Position numbers and translations under genes: made by a program. A DNA stretch of 64,000 bases from Octopus sinensis (Eukaryota), in assembly GCF_006345805.1 (NCBI RefSeq), contig NC_043001.1:127844001-127908000 (forward strand). Reading direction: 5' to 3'. Shown here in pieces: positions 12,521 to 25,844 of this stretch (within the stretch, counting starts at the first letter, position 1; the number at the start of each line of letters is the position of its first letter). Under the pieces are notes generated by a model. The model made no database searches. It had not been told where the DNA came from and saw nothing but the letters and a program-made list of their open reading frames with translations.

Positions 12521-13009
12521 GAAGAAAAATATTTTATTAAGATGAAGATGATGAAAGAGAAAGATAGCTGGAAATAAAACTGTCAAGTGATTACATTTCA
12601 TTTAACTCTGTAGTATTCAGATTACTCTGTCAAATATAATGCTTATTTATTCATATTGTTTGAAATTAATCCTGCATTATCTTATGGCTTTGAGATTTCA
12701 ATGATATGACTGCTTATTTTCAAAACAGCATTGTAGGGTAGGTGCGAGAAGCCAGATATAGCCAGTTTGAACATAAAACAAGTAGAATGTTAAGACCGGA
12801 TATGGCTGATTTAAATGTTAAATGTTATTACAAAACTCATTAATTACTTTATGACCATATTTCATACAGTGTGTTTCAGTTGATTTCGAAAATAATAAAA
12901 AATTTGGAGGAATTTTGTGAAATTAATTTTGTCGTTATTAAGCTGCTGCTTAGCAAAAGTTTATTTTATATAATAAAAGAATGCTAACACTAAAAGAGAT
13001 TTTGTAACA

Positions 13010-13186
13010 TAACGTAAAAAGCACCCACTACACTCACGGAGTGGTTGGCATTAGGAAGGGCATCCAGCTGTAGAAACACTGCCAGATCAGACTGGAGCCT
13101 GGTGCAGCCTTCTGGCTTCCCAGATCCCCGGTCGAACTGTTCAATCCATGCTAGCATGGAGAACGGACGTTAAACAATGATGATGA
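13010..13186 (+). mobile_element. RTE-clade LINE 3' end
   Basis: acgtaaaaagcacccactacactc...ggacgttaaacaatgatgatg. Confidence 0.75.
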
Positions 13187-13256
13187 AAAGTTGAGGCAAT
13201 CTAAGACAAAGTTGGTATTAAAACAGTTAATCAGATTTGTAGGAAAAGCATGAAAA

Positions 13257-14440
13257 ATAATAATAATAATAATAATAATTGTGTACAGTGCTCAGGTGCA
13301 CTACAACTCATCTAAAGTGTATATATAATCAGGTGTAGTTTCGGCGGATTTCGGAAAGCATGAGGGCCTTAAAAGATGCAGTGTCATGGCAGTCAACAAC
13401 TGACGCAGGCATTTATTCCATGCTTCAGCAACTCTGAGCGTGAAAAAATGTTTCTGAAAGTCATGGGCTGTATTGTTTTCTGACTTTGTAGGCATGTCCA
13501 CGTGTGTTAGACACATGGAGATCAAAAAGGTGTTCAGTGTTGTTGTCGGTGAGGTGGTTGATAACTTTGTGGGTGTTTACCAAGTCCGTCGCCAAACGCC
13601 GGAGCTTCAGTGAATCCATGCCCAGGGAAACAAGGCACTCAGAATATGGTAGGTGTCTGATGGAGGGTATGCGTTTGGTTGCACGTCTCTGGACAGATTC
13701 CAGGAGGTCAATGTTCTGTGCAAGATAGGGGTTCCAAACTGATGATGCGAATTCCAAGTGTGGTCGTACCATAGCTGTATACAGTTTAAATAGATGGCTG
13801 GAGAGCGGCTAACAAAACCTGCTGAGTGATGCCAAGACACCCTCGGCCTTCCTGACAATCTTAGAGATATGCTTTGACCAACGCAAATCACTGCTGACAG
13901 TGATGCCTAGGTCACGCTCGCAAGAGGATTTCTTGATATCAGTGTTGTGGAGGGAGTATGTGAACGCAGGTTTTTTCTCCCAAAATGCATGGTGGTACAC
14001 TTGTCCACAGCCAGTTTCAGTTGCCAGTCTGTGATCCATTGCTGCATTGTGTCTAGGTCTGATTGCAGGAAAGAGTTGTAGACATCAGGATCTGTCCTCT
14101 TGATTTCAAGGTACAGCTTGATGTCATCTGCATATTTCAATACTGTGGCATTCTTTAAATTGGCATCTATGTCGTTAATGTATGCCACAAACAAGAGGGG
14201 ACCAAGGACAGATCCCTGTGGTACACCCGATGACATCTCATATGGTGTAGAGTGCTGTCCTAGAACTGTGACTACCTCCTTTCGGCTGAGGATGAAGGAT
14301 TTCAACCAGTTAAAAAGGTCATCCCCCACACCCATTGCAGAGAGTTTCACCATAAGCCTTTTGTGTGGCACAGAGTTGAAAGTCTTAGCAAAGTCAAGGT
14401 AGACAACATCCACCCATGAGCCACTGTCAGTAATCTGAGT
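13257..14440 (-). mobile_element. CR1-clade LINE, 5'-truncated, frameshifted reverse transcriptase
   Basis: VYLDFAKTFNSVPH...SGVPQGSVLGPLLF...YADD; C-terminal VRPHLEFASSVWNPY; (ATT)n tail at 13257-13279. Confidence 0.92.
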
Positions 14441-14470
14441 AATGAATGAGAATGAACAGTGGCAACAAAA

Positions 14471-14720
14471 GTTAGTTAGTTAGTTAATTTTTTGGCTCAA
14501 AAAGCAAAAAGCAAGGCCATGAAGGGGACATGGAGTTATGTACAGGGTGGTGTTCATGTAAAGAGTTCGGGCCATTTGTGGTCAAGGGAGACTTTGAACC
14601 GAGCGGTCGTCGGCATCTTCACTATCTCATCCAGCAGCTTATTCCACAGATCTGCAACCCGGACGGAGAAAGCCCCTCTCCTTCGATTGAGATGAAAATT
14701 CTTTCCTTGAGCAACAGGTA
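14471..14720 (-). mobile_element. Second CR1-like LINE 3' end with (AACT)n tail
   Basis: RRRGAFSVRVADLWNKL...FKVSLDHKW followed by aactaactaac. Confidence 0.75.
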
Positions 14721-15149
14721 GATTGCACAGAGGATTGTGTACAAAGTGTGATGCTGCATGGCAGTGAGACATGGACACTGAATGCAAATGGATGTGTGAA
14801 GGTTAGAGAGAAATATAGCAAGCATGCACAGGTGAATTAATATTGCTAGTGTGTGTAAGTGATGTGATAGAGCAGCTGAAAGACAAACTGCGTACAAGAG
14901 AAAAGACTGTACTGATACAAATGTATAATGCATACGGATGATGACTAATTGGTAATTGAATTGGAAGACTAAAAAAAAGACAGGTAGAAGTAGTGAAAGC
15001 TAATCTCAGGATGTTGAACTTCACAAAGGTGATGACAAAAAAATGTAACAAATGGTGAGATACTGTGTTAGAGAGGGCCTACCCAACCTATGTGGCATGG
15101 AAAAAACAGATGTAAAATGATGATAATGATGATGAACACTAACCAGATT

Positions 15150-15547
15150 ATACTCTTACTCTTTACTCTTTTACTTGTTTCAGTCATTTGACTGCGGCCA
15201 TGCTGGAGCACCGCCTTTAGTCGAGCAAATCGACCCCGGGACTTATTCTTTGTAAGCCCTGTACTTATTCTATCGGTCTTTTTTGCCGAACCGCTAGGTG
15301 ACGGGGACGTAAACACACCAGCATGGTTGTCAAGCAATGCTAGGGGAACAAACACACACACACATATATATATACATATATACGACAGGCTTCTTTCAGT
15401 TTCCGTCTACCAAATCCACTCACAAGGCATTTGTCGGCCCGGGGCTATAGCAGAAGACACTTGCCCAAGATGCCACGCAGTGGGACTGAACCCGGAACCA
15501 TGTGGTTGGTGAGCAAGCTACTTACCACACAGCCACTCCTGCGCCTA
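15150..15547 (-). mobile_element. SINE family A, full length
   Basis: Family consensus match. Confidence 0.9.
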
Positions 15548-16014
15548 TGTTGACAAGATTTATTCATTATGATCCTAAACATCATCAAACCAACTTTCAA
15601 TAGAAGCTGATTGCTTAGAAGCTGGTATCAGATTAACAGTGAGGCAATAGCAGAATTCATCTTGTTAGTAGATTGTTGATTTAGAAATTGTAATTGATGG
15701 AAAGATTCTCTTTAGACTATCATCATCATCACTTTTTCCATAGCATACATTGGATGGGAGTTATTATTCTGCTGCTCTTTACTATTAACAGAACCATGAA
15801 TTACAGGGCATATTGTTTACTTGGAACATTATAACAGTTACGGTTAACCCTTTAGCATTTAAACTGGCCCAAATATTCTACCTGTTTCGTGTTGGAACTG
15901 ACCAGATCCAACCTCTCACACTTACCCTACAATGTCATTCTAAAAAGTATACAAACACGCCATTGAAACCTTGAAGGTACAAGATAATGCATAATTAATT
16001 CAAACAACGTGAAT

Positions 16015-16607
16015 GCAGGAGTGGCTATGTGGTAAGTAGCTTGCTAACCAACCACATGGTTCCAGGTTCAGTCCCACTGCATGGCATCTTGGGCAAGTGT
16101 CTTTTGCTATAGCCCCGGGCCGACCAATGCCTTGTGAGTGGATTTGGTAGACGGAAACTGAAAGAAGCCTGTCGTATATATATATGTGTGTGTGTGTCTG
16201 TGTTTGTCCCCCTAGCATTGCTTGACAACCAATGCTGGTGTGTTTACGTCCCCGTCACTTAGCGGTTCGGCAAAAGAGACCGATAGAATAAGTACTGGGC
16301 TTAGTACTTATTTTATCAGTCTCTTTTTGCCGAACCGCTAGGTTACGGGGACGTAAACACACCAGCATCTGTTGTCAAGCGATGTTGTGGGGACAAACAC
16401 AGACACACAAACATGCACATACACATATATATATATATACATATATACAACGGGCTTCTTTCAGTTTCTGCCTACCAAATCCACTCACAAGGCTTTGGTC
16501 GGCCCGAAGCTATAGTAGAAGACACTTACCCAAGGTGCCACGCAGTAGGGCTGAACCTGGAATCATGTGGTTCGTAAGCAAGCTACTCACCACACAGCCA
16601 CTCCTGT
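16015..16607. mobile_element. Two family A SINEs fused tail-to-tail (16015-16302 +, 16303-16607 -)
   Basis: Both are truncated at taagtactgggc|ttagtactta. Confidence 0.85.
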
Positions 16608-16796
16608 GAATGATATGCCTATTTTTAAAATGACATTGAAGGGTAGATATAGGAGGCCAGATCTGGCTGATTAGAACATAAAGCAGATGTAATATTAGTG
16701 CTGGATATGGCTGGCTAAAATGCTGAAGAGTTAAACAATACTAACAACACTGATTTGGCTATACCTCCAACTTATGTATTTTATCAATTCACTTAA

Positions 16797-16993
16797 CCCT
16801 TTCGTTACTGTATTTATTTTGAGATGCTCTGTGTTTCTTTCAATTACTTTAAATATAACAAAGAATTTAATAAAATAACTTAGTTATCATTCAGCTAGTG
16901 TTAGGAATATAAATTGCGACTAAGGTTTGGTGGAAGATCTTTATTCAAAACTTATGAAAACAAGACATTTCAGCCGGGTTGGTAACATAAGGG
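16797..16993. mobile_element. piggyBac-type MITE (family P1)
   Basis: TTAA|CCCTTTCGTTAC...GTAACATAAGGG|TTAA. Confidence 0.85.
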
Positions 16994-17217
16994 TTAAAGT
17001 ATTAATCCAGGCACTTGGATTGATACTTCTATGAGGCACCTGGCAGAATTGGTAGTGTGTAGGAGGATTTTTAGTTGAGGAGTCAAAGATATGTATTGTC
17101 ACTGACTGTGTAGATATGTCTATGGCAAAAAAGAAAACAAAAAAAAAACATAGCTTTTGTTGACATAGTAAACTTAACTTAAACAGACAAATAAATAGCC
17201 ACAGCTTATTGTATACA

Positions 17218-17613
17218 GGCGCAGGAGTGACTGTGTGGTAAGTAGCGTGCTTACCAACCACATGGTTCCGGGTTCAGTCCCACTGCATGGCACCTTGGGC
17301 AAGTGTCTTCTTCTATAGCCCCGGGCCGACCAATGCCTTGTGAGTGGATTTGGTTGACGGAAACTGAAAGAAGCCTGTCATATATATTTATATATATATG
17401 TGTGTGTGTTTGTGTGCCTGTGTTTGTCCCCCTAGCATTGCCTGACAACCGATGCTGGTGTGTTTACGTCCCCGTCACTTAGCGGTTCAGCAAAAGAGAC
17501 TGATAGAATAAGTACTAGGCTTACAAAGAATAAGTCCCGGGGGTCGATTTGCTCAACTAAAAGGTGGTGCTCCAGCATGACCACAGTCAAATGACAGAAA
17601 CAAGTAAAAGAGA
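17218..17613 (+). mobile_element. SINE family A, full length
   Basis: Family consensus match. Confidence 0.9.
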
Positions 17614-17917
17614 GCTGCATAAAGATAGCAACAGCTTATTTTTACAAATACTATATAAATAGTTGAAGTTCTTCAACAGATCCACAACAGGAACCAGAAA
17701 GTGATTATAGAAATTATGAAGTTGATTCTCCCTCACTGACAACAAAACAATAGCATAATCTTCACAAGTCTCTGAGAGGGTGTCTAAGTAAGTCTCTCTA
17801 AAAATCATCCCATATCATCTTAAGTAAAGAAAAATGCATAAGATAATGTGGTTCTTTATGCAATTGTACCTAGGAAAAAGATGGGGTGATTATGGCTAAA
17901 GCATCTTTTATTATAGA

Positions 17918-18214
17918 CTAGCAGTATCGCCCGGCGTTGCTCGGGTTTGTAAGGGAAATAACTATATAAGCATTTTTAGAGAGTTACTTCCCTTATATAA
18001 ACCGAGCAAAAAATGCGTTAAAAATGCGAAAAAATGATGGTAAATCTTTTTATCATCGTAGACGTGCGCTAATACCCAGAAGGGTTCGATATGAATCATG
18101 ACTATAAGATACCCGCTTTTGGTTAAACTGCACAGCAAAATGTGGGAGTCGTTAGGAATCTAAATCAGAGGAGACAGACTCTCACACACACAACTTCAGT
18201 TTTATATATAAAGA
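17918..18214 (-). mobile_element. Non-autonomous Helitron
   Basis: Minus strand: A|TC...hairpin CCCGAGCAACGCCGGG...CTAG|T; no TSD; 3 copies in the window. Confidence 0.85.
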
Positions 18215-18487
18215 TATGTAATCAAGACTAAACAACATAATCTAAACTACTTTTCAATTGCTATATTTACTCATCAACTTGTATGGTTTCTTTGAAAATG
18301 GAAGATAATTGTTCTCATTAATCTGTTCACAAGTCTGGCTCCCTCATAGTGTTAATTTCATTAATGAACTGGGAAGCAATCTAACAGTGCCTCCTGCACA
18401 AAAAAAGATTGGTATTATGCAGCAGCTAAACTGTTGACAGTGCTTGAAGGCTTTAACCCTTTCAGTTCTATATTTAAGAGATGAGGA

Positions 18488-18698
18488 ATTATGTACATTA
18501 TTTACATTTGACAGCTACTAACCCCAAGATTCCGAGTTCGATTCCAGGCAGTGACCTGAATAATAATAACATCGAAAAATACCTTAGGAATGAGAACCCA
18601 GGTTCGAAATTTCCCCAAGACACCTGATGAAGGCAGAAGGGTATATCAGCAGAAACGTGTTAACAACAAACAAGATGAGAACAAATATCCGTCAAATG
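18488..18698 (+). mobile_element. Penelope-like/SINE chimera with degenerate hammerhead motif
   Basis: B-box gagttcgattcc (18534-18545); GACAC-CTGATGA-A-GGCAG...CAGCA-GAAAC-GTGTT (18619-18661); short inverted ends catttgac/gtcaaatg. Confidence 0.5.
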
Positions 18699-18929
18699 CG
18701 TTAACCCTTTCGTTACCATATTTCTGTTGACATAAGGCTTTTGTTTCAAATAATTTTGAAAATAATGTGGCTGTGTGGTAAGAAACTTGTTTCCCAACCA
18801 CATGGTCCCCAGTTCAGTCCCACTGCATGGCACCTTGGGCAAGTGTCTTCTACTATAGCCTTGAGCAGACCAAAACCATGTGAGTGAATTTGGTAGACGG
18901 AAACTGAAAGAAGCCCATCACATATATAT

Positions 18930-19293
18930 TCTTTTATTTGTTTCAGTCATTTGACTGTGGTCATGCTGGAGCACCACCTTTAGTCAAACAAATAAACTCC
19001 AGGACTTATTCTTTGTAAATCTAGTACTTATTCTATCAGTATCTTTTGCCGAACCGCTAAGTTACAGGGACGTAAACATACCAACATCAGTTGTCAAGCG
19101 ATGGTGGGAGACAAACAGAGACACAAACTTATATATATACAACGGACTTCTTTCTACCAAATCTACTCACAAGGCTTTGGTCAGTCCAAGGCTATAGTAG
19201 AAGACACTTGGCCAAGGCACCATGCAGTGGGAGTAAACCTGGAACCATGTGGTTGGAAAGCAAGCTACTTACCACACAGCCACTCGTGCACCT
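18930..19293 (-). mobile_element. SINE family A (partial + copies on both sides, 18766-18925 and 19300-19530)
   Basis: Family consensus match. Confidence 0.8.
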
Positions 19294-19876
19294 ATGTATA
19301 TATATGTATATATCTATATGTGCATGTCTTTGTGTCTGTGTCACCCATCACTGCTTGAGAACTGTTGATGGAGTATTTACATCCCTGTAACTTAGCAGTT
19401 CAGCAAAACTGACTGATAGAGTAAGTACTAAGCTTAAGAAATAAGTCCTGGGGTTGGTTTGTTTGACTAAAATCCTTCAAGATGGTGCTCCAGCATGGCC
19501 ACGGTCAAATGACTGAAACAAATAAAAGAATAAATCACTAAACTGTTGTTCCTGCATAGTGCTATAAAAGTTCGATATCACCAAACTCAAGTAAGGACTA
19601 AACACTTCCATGGCCTGAGGCCGAACAGTTATAGTTTTTCAATATGCTCTTGCAAAGCATAAGGAAATAGCATAGAACCAATATGAAAATCAAATAGTTG
19701 GACATTGTATTATGCAAACTCATAGATAAACCTACATCACAACAGAAAACACAAAGGTTGCATTAACAAGTACCAGTTAAAGACTGTAATAGATTTCATT
19801 GGGCAAAAATTATTTAGCAGGTCAAACTACAAAGCTTTATTAGCTCATGAGATATAAATATATATATATATATATA

Positions 19877-20041
19877 GGCGTAGGAGTGGCTGTGTGGTAA
19901 GTAGCTTGCTAACCAACCACATGGTTCCGGGTTCAGTCCCACTGCGTGGCATCTTGGGCAAGTGTCTTCTACTATAGCCCTGGGCCGACCAATGCCTTGT
20001 GAGTGGATTTGGTTGACGGAAACTGAAAGAAGCCTGTCGTA

Positions 20042-20090
<49 letters not shown>

Positions 20091-20292
20091 TTGTGTGTCT
20101 GTGTTTGTGCCCCCTAGCATTGCTTGACAACCGATGCTGGTGTGTTTACGTCCCCGTCACTTAGCGGTTTGGCAAAAGAGACCGATAGAGTAAGTACTGG
20201 GCTTACAAAGAATAAGTCTCGGGGTCAATTTGCTCGACTAAAGGCGGTACTCCAGCATGGCCGCAGTCAAATGACTGAAACAAGTAAAAGAG

Positions 20293-20293
<1 letters not shown>
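19877..20293 (+). mobile_element. SINE family A, full length
   Basis: Family consensus match. Confidence 0.9.
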
Positions 20294-20327
<34 letters not shown>

Positions 20328-20342
20328 GTGTGTGTGTGTGTG

Positions 20343-20620
20343 TGTGGAGGCGCAATGGCCCAGTGGTTAGGGCAGTGGACTCGCGGTTTTGATTCCCAGA
20401 CTGGGCGTTGTGAATGTTTATTGAGCAAAAACACCTAAAGTTCTACAAGGCTCCGGCAGGGGATAGTGGCAATCCCTGCCGTACTCTTTCACCACAACTT
20501 ACTCTCACTCTTTCTTCTGTTGGCCTGCTCGCTTAGCCAGCAGGGTGGCGTCATTTGAAGGCTAAAACAATGCGAAGCGCATTGTGACCAGCGATGTGTA
20601 GCAACATCTGATAGCCTGGT
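20343..20620 (+). mobile_element. SINE family B head with an alternative 3' tail
   Basis: First ~170 bp match family B (gtggaggcgcaatggcccagtgg), then diverge to ggcctgctcgcttagccagc... Confidence 0.75.
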
Positions 20621-20795
20621 GCATTATTATTGCGCCTTTTTTCAATTAATTTTATTCAACAAAAAATTTAGACAAAACGCCAAGCAGAAATTGAAGTAGA
20701 TGATGAACATTTAAAGATATTTTTGTTACATGTTATTGTTTTTGTTGAATAAAATTTACTGAAAAAAAGCCGCAATAATTATACACCAACCTAAT
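20618..20795. mobile_element. mariner-type MITE
   Basis: Imperfect ~50-bp TIRs (ggtgcattattattgcg...ttcaacaaaaa / tttttgttgaa...cgcaataattatacacc). Confidence 0.65.
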
Positions 20796-20870
20796 ATATA
20801 TATCATCCTCATCATTGCTTTTTATGTTCACTTTTGTTCATGCTGTCATAGGCTGAAGACCAGATGACCA

Positions 20871-21230
20871 CAGGAGTGGCTGTGTGGTAAGTAGCGTGCT
20901 TACCAACCACATGGTTCCGGGTTCAGTCCCACTGCGTGACACCTTGGGCAAGTGTCTTCTACTATAGCCCCGGGCCGACCAATGCCTTGTGAGTGGATTT
21001 GGTAGACGGAAACTGAAAGAAGCCTGTCATATATATTTATGTATGTGTGTTTGTGTATCTGTGTTTCTCCCAACATCGCTTGACAACAGATGCTGGTGTG
21101 TTTACGTCCCCGTAACTTAGCGGTTCGGCAAAAGAGACCGATAGAATAAGTACTAGGCTTACAAAGAATAAAGGCGGTGCTCCAGCATGGCTGCAGTCAA
21201 ATGACTGAAACAAGTAAAAGAGTAAAAGAA
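20871..21230 (+). mobile_element. SINE family A with internal deletion
   Basis: Family consensus match. Confidence 0.85.
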
Positions 21231-21239
21231 TATATATAT

Positions 21240-22055
21240 GAAGCTAGCATGCTTTGCTGGATGGGTAGTGTCCATGTGCATACACAACAGAGTGTAAATG
21301 ATTTACAAGGAAAACTGTATAAGAGGAATCAGATATTGTGTGCAAGAGAGAAGACTGCACTGGTTTGGTTATATGATGCAAATGGATGAGGACAACTGCA
21401 TAAAGAAGTGCTATGCTCTAATTGTGGAGAGTGCCTGTGGAAAGGGTAGACTCAGGAAGACATAGGACAAAGTGGTGAGAAAGGATCTTCGGCCGTTGGA
21501 CCTCACTGAGGAAATGACAAAAGGACCGAGAGAAGTGGCAATTTGCTGTATTTGATAAGACACATCAAGCTAAGTAAAATTGCTGTCTTGTCCTCTCAGG
21601 TGTCAGTGCCACTTAAAGAGCACCCGTGCCAGTGCTGCATAAGTGCACCTGTGCCAGTGGCACGAGAAGCACCCAGTACACTCTGATAAGTGTTAGGAAG
21701 GGCATGCAGCTGTAGAAGCCATGCTTCAACAGACGGCTGGAGTCTGGACAGCTCCATGTCAAACCATGCCAATATGGAAAGCATGATGATGAATATATAT
21801 CATCATCATCGTCATCGTTTAGCATCCGCTTTCCATGCTGGCATGGGTTGGACGGTGCAACTGGGGTCTGGGAAGCCAGAAGGCTGCACCAGGCCCAGTC
21901 TGATCTGGCAATGTTTCTACGGCTGGATGCCCTTCCTAACGCCAACCACTCCATTAGTGTAGCGGGTGCTTTTTACGTGCCACCGGCACAGGTGCCAGTC
22001 GAGGCTGGCAAACGGCCACGAGCGGATGGTGATTTTTACGTGCCACCAGCACAGC
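21240..22055. mobile_element. Two RTE LINE remnants tail-to-tail (21240-21790 +, 21800-22055 -)
   Basis: Decayed CGKGRLRKT.DKVV C-terminus and (GAT)n/(CAT)n tails. Confidence 0.7.
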
Positions 22056-24266
22056 AAATTTTAAAATATCAATTGAATCATGAGCTAGATAAAAAGCAGA
22101 AAGTAACTTAGGTGGAATGTTGGTGTCTATTAAGCAGTAAATAGGGATCAAAGTCTACTTCCTATGCGAAGAATAATTGAATGTTTTTACAAACATTTGC
22201 ATAGTCAAGTTCTATTCTGAATGAAGACTAATAAATATAGGACAGGGGCGATTTAGGAATTATACGTCAGACTAATTCCATTATGACTAACTCTACAAAC
22301 AAAAAACATTTTTGACTAGTAGAAATAGTAAATTTTATTTAAACAAGCATGGCTGTGCAGTTAGGAAACTTGCTTAGCAACCATGTAGTTTCAAGTTCAG
22401 GTTGATCAATACTTTGTCTTGTAAGTGAATTTAGTACATGGAAACTGTGTAGAAGCCCATCATATATGAGTGTGTGTATATGTGTTTGTCCCACCACCAC
22501 TGCTTGACAACTAGTATTTGTTTATTTCCCCTTTTGGTAAAAGAGATCAATAGAATAAGTACCAAACTTAAACTACTAAACCTAATTAGTTTGACTAAAC
22601 CTTTCAAGGCAGTGCCCCAGCTTGGCCACAATCCAATGAACTGAAACAAGCAAGAGGTAAAAGATATTGTTCGATTGAGTAGACCTATGATCAAAGGCAG
22701 TCTAGCTACGACCATCCCTCCATCATTTTCTATATTTTGCATATTTAGAATGGCACTGTCCATTGTGTCCATTTTTATAAAAGGATGGGGTTGGGTGTGA
22801 TTTGAGAGAAACTGACTGCTATTTCTAGCAGGTCAAGCAATAGTGAAGAAGTATCCTTGTTGACTTGCATTTGAACAGAAGTTTCAGTTGAGAAAACAAA
22901 ACAAAAACCATCTATTATTGGATTTTACAAAAATCATGTCAATAAATTGATAACTAACAAACTAAATATGAAACCGTATTATCATTTATTGACAAAGAGA
23001 TGGGAGATAAGATGGTAAAATTCTAACCCATAAATAAAATTGGAAAGAATTATAATAAAAACAGTAAAAAATATTTTTTCATATATTTTTTAAACTCTGT
23101 TCAAGGCCAGATTAAGAGTGGAGCTATAAAAATTTTAATTCAAACACAAAATGATGACATATAAAACCAACAGCAATGGGATTTTAAAAACAGAATACAG
23201 AAAACAAAACTTAAGTATTGTAAAGCATTTCGTCTGGAATTGTACTGTTTTTCCAATTATACTACATTAAAGATAATTATCATAATAATTTCTAACTTTA
23301 GTTCAAGACCACACGTTTTAGGAGAGCAGTATAGTCAATTTAATCAATTGCAATAAATCACTGGTAATTATTTTACCAATACTGAAGTGTGGGGAGATAA
23401 AATGCAAAGTTGGCCATGGTGGTATTGAACTTAGAATCTATAGGTTACATGGCAAGGTGTTTTGTGTACCATTCAAGTCTCTTATGTCGCTGAGCCTGAA
23501 GAGATGAAAGGTGAAGTTCACCTCAGTGGGAACAAAAGTCAAAGCTGCTTTATCAATCCACCACCCTAAATGATAACAAAAATAATACAGACATTTTTAT
23601 ATTTCCACGTTAGGCAAATATTTTTAATGGAGGAATAAAGATGGTTAAATTCTGTGAAATGTCTGAGCAGAAACAATAAGATTGAACGCTGAGAAATGAA
23701 ATGTTTAGTCAGATCATCACTGTTTTAGCTAGATCATTACAGAGGCACAAAACCAAAAATTTTAAAAGAAAAATGCAGTTAATATACTTTACTAGTAATT
23801 TTTGAGAACTCCAGAGAAATGAAAGGTAAAGTTGATCCTAAATAGATAAACAGGCAATGCCCTTAACTTCCATAAATCCTTCAAAAACTGGTACTCATAT
23901 GGCTGATATTAATTTTGAACAGCTGTTTTGTTTTGTATTTTTTTTTCTTTTCTTTTTTTACTTACTGAGTCAAGAGGAAGGTGTAATGCCCATAGCCTTT
24001 TCAGAGCTATTCCTGACCAGTGAGGCTGATGCCATTAATGTTACTCTTGAAACTTTGTCAGTCAACACCTGTAGGAAAGATAAGCATAGAGGGAACACCA
24101 GAGGGTTAATGTTTTGGAAGGACTTGGGGTAATGATTAGTAAGGAGCTAGGAATGTTGGATATATGAAGGGTAAAGACTGGAGGACAGAGAAGCAGGATG
24201 GGAATGTTTGAGTAGATGTGACATGAGTCCAGTCAGCTCCAAAGTGATGTCTGGAGGGGAGAGAGC

Positions 24267-24708
24267 ATCATCATCATCATTGTTCGACCGTGGTCGAGAC
24301 AATGGAATTTACCATGCTACGCCAGACTTCACGGTCCATCATGGCATTACAGAGGTCCTGTTGCTGGATGCCTGTATCCCTGGAGATTACATCAGGGTAG
24401 GAGAGTGTGCGCCCTCTGGTATTGCGAGTAGATGGCTTCCAGAGGAGAAGAGTAGAAATTACTTCTTTTTCAGCTCTACAACAATGTCCAGCAAACTGGA
24501 CTCTCCTACCTTTCACAAGAGATGACACAGGTGGTAGTTTCCCATATATTTGCATTTTGGTTGGATGGCGCTTCCACAAGAGATTTTGAACTCTCATAAG
24601 GAGGCGAGTGTAGGTTCCATCCAACCGCCTCTCAAGCTTCTTTGATAGCGTCCAGGTTTCTGAGCCATATAGTAGAATTGGTTCGACTGTGGCTTTGAAG
24701 ATTTCAAG

Positions 24709-24711
<3 letters not shown>
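24267..24711 (-). mobile_element. RTE/RTEX-like LINE ORF2 C-terminus, 5'-truncated, inserted in (GA)n
   Basis: ILLYGSETWTL...RRVQFAGHCCR...MMDREVWR, stop, then (TGA)n tail. Confidence 0.85.
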
Positions 24712-24777
<66 letters not shown>

Positions 24778-25844
24778 TGCACTAAGAAAGAACTTCAAAA
24801 TGTTCACATTCTAGGGAGAAAAGACTGGGTTGTACTCGCTAGCATGAGAGACAGAATTAGTGACAAACATACAGATGCAATGAGCTAATTCTTGAGAAGC
24901 AGAGAACATGGCAGTGGAGATATTTATTTTGATGAAGTACAGATTCTAACACTTACAGCCCTCAAAAACAATAGTCTTTTTTTTTTCCAGCATCAGCATG
25001 GAATGTATGGACCTTGTGCTGGAAATCAATACCAACACCTAACTGGTAATTGTTTTACTGACCTTTGGAGAACAAGAAGAATAAAGTTGACCTCAATGAG
25101 ATTTGAACTGAGAATGTGAATGGATATAACTAAATACTCAATAATAATAGTCCACATATAATTTGCTTGTCATCATCATCATCATTTAACGTGTTTTTAG
25201 GTTGGACAGTTTGGCCAGAGCTGGCAAGGCCTGGGACCTAGCCAAGCTCCATTCTGTTCTGGCATTGCTTCTACAGCTGGATGCCCTTCCTAACACCAAC
25301 CACTCCACAGTGTGCCATGCTGAGAGTTGCTGAAGCATGGAACAAACTGCCGGCATCGGTTGTTAGTTGTCGGAGCACTGCATCCTTCAAAACTTCCATG
25401 CTTCCTGAGATTCGCCAACACTACACTTGATTTTCTCCCCTCCATACACACACAAGCATGTATCTGACTCATACATTGTTCGCTTTCCAGACATTTCTAC
25501 ATTACTGCATGTACTTTATATGCACTTTCTGACACAAGTTGTGGTACACCTGAGCACTGTATACAATTAATTTCATTATCATAGTAATAGCATTGAAGTA
25601 GAAGGCTGTCATTTGACAAATAGAATGTGTTGTGTGAATGGCAGAACATTTTACTTTCATTTTAGTTCTAATACAGCATTTTGAAAAGTACAAAAAGAAT
25701 GTAGCAATTTTGTTTGTTTATTAGTATGTACGTATACTACACACACACACACACACTGCAGAAGATACTATTTTCAAAAGCTTTATTTTATGACCATTTT
25801 CCCCATGCTGTCAATACACCAACATTTAAACATACACTTTTTTT

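Noticed and set aside
15327-15512. Recurrent small 'protein family' (YDRLLSVSVYQIHSQG...CHAVGLNPEPCGW and MSSNARGTN...)
   Set aside because: These are antisense translations of SINE family A, not genes.
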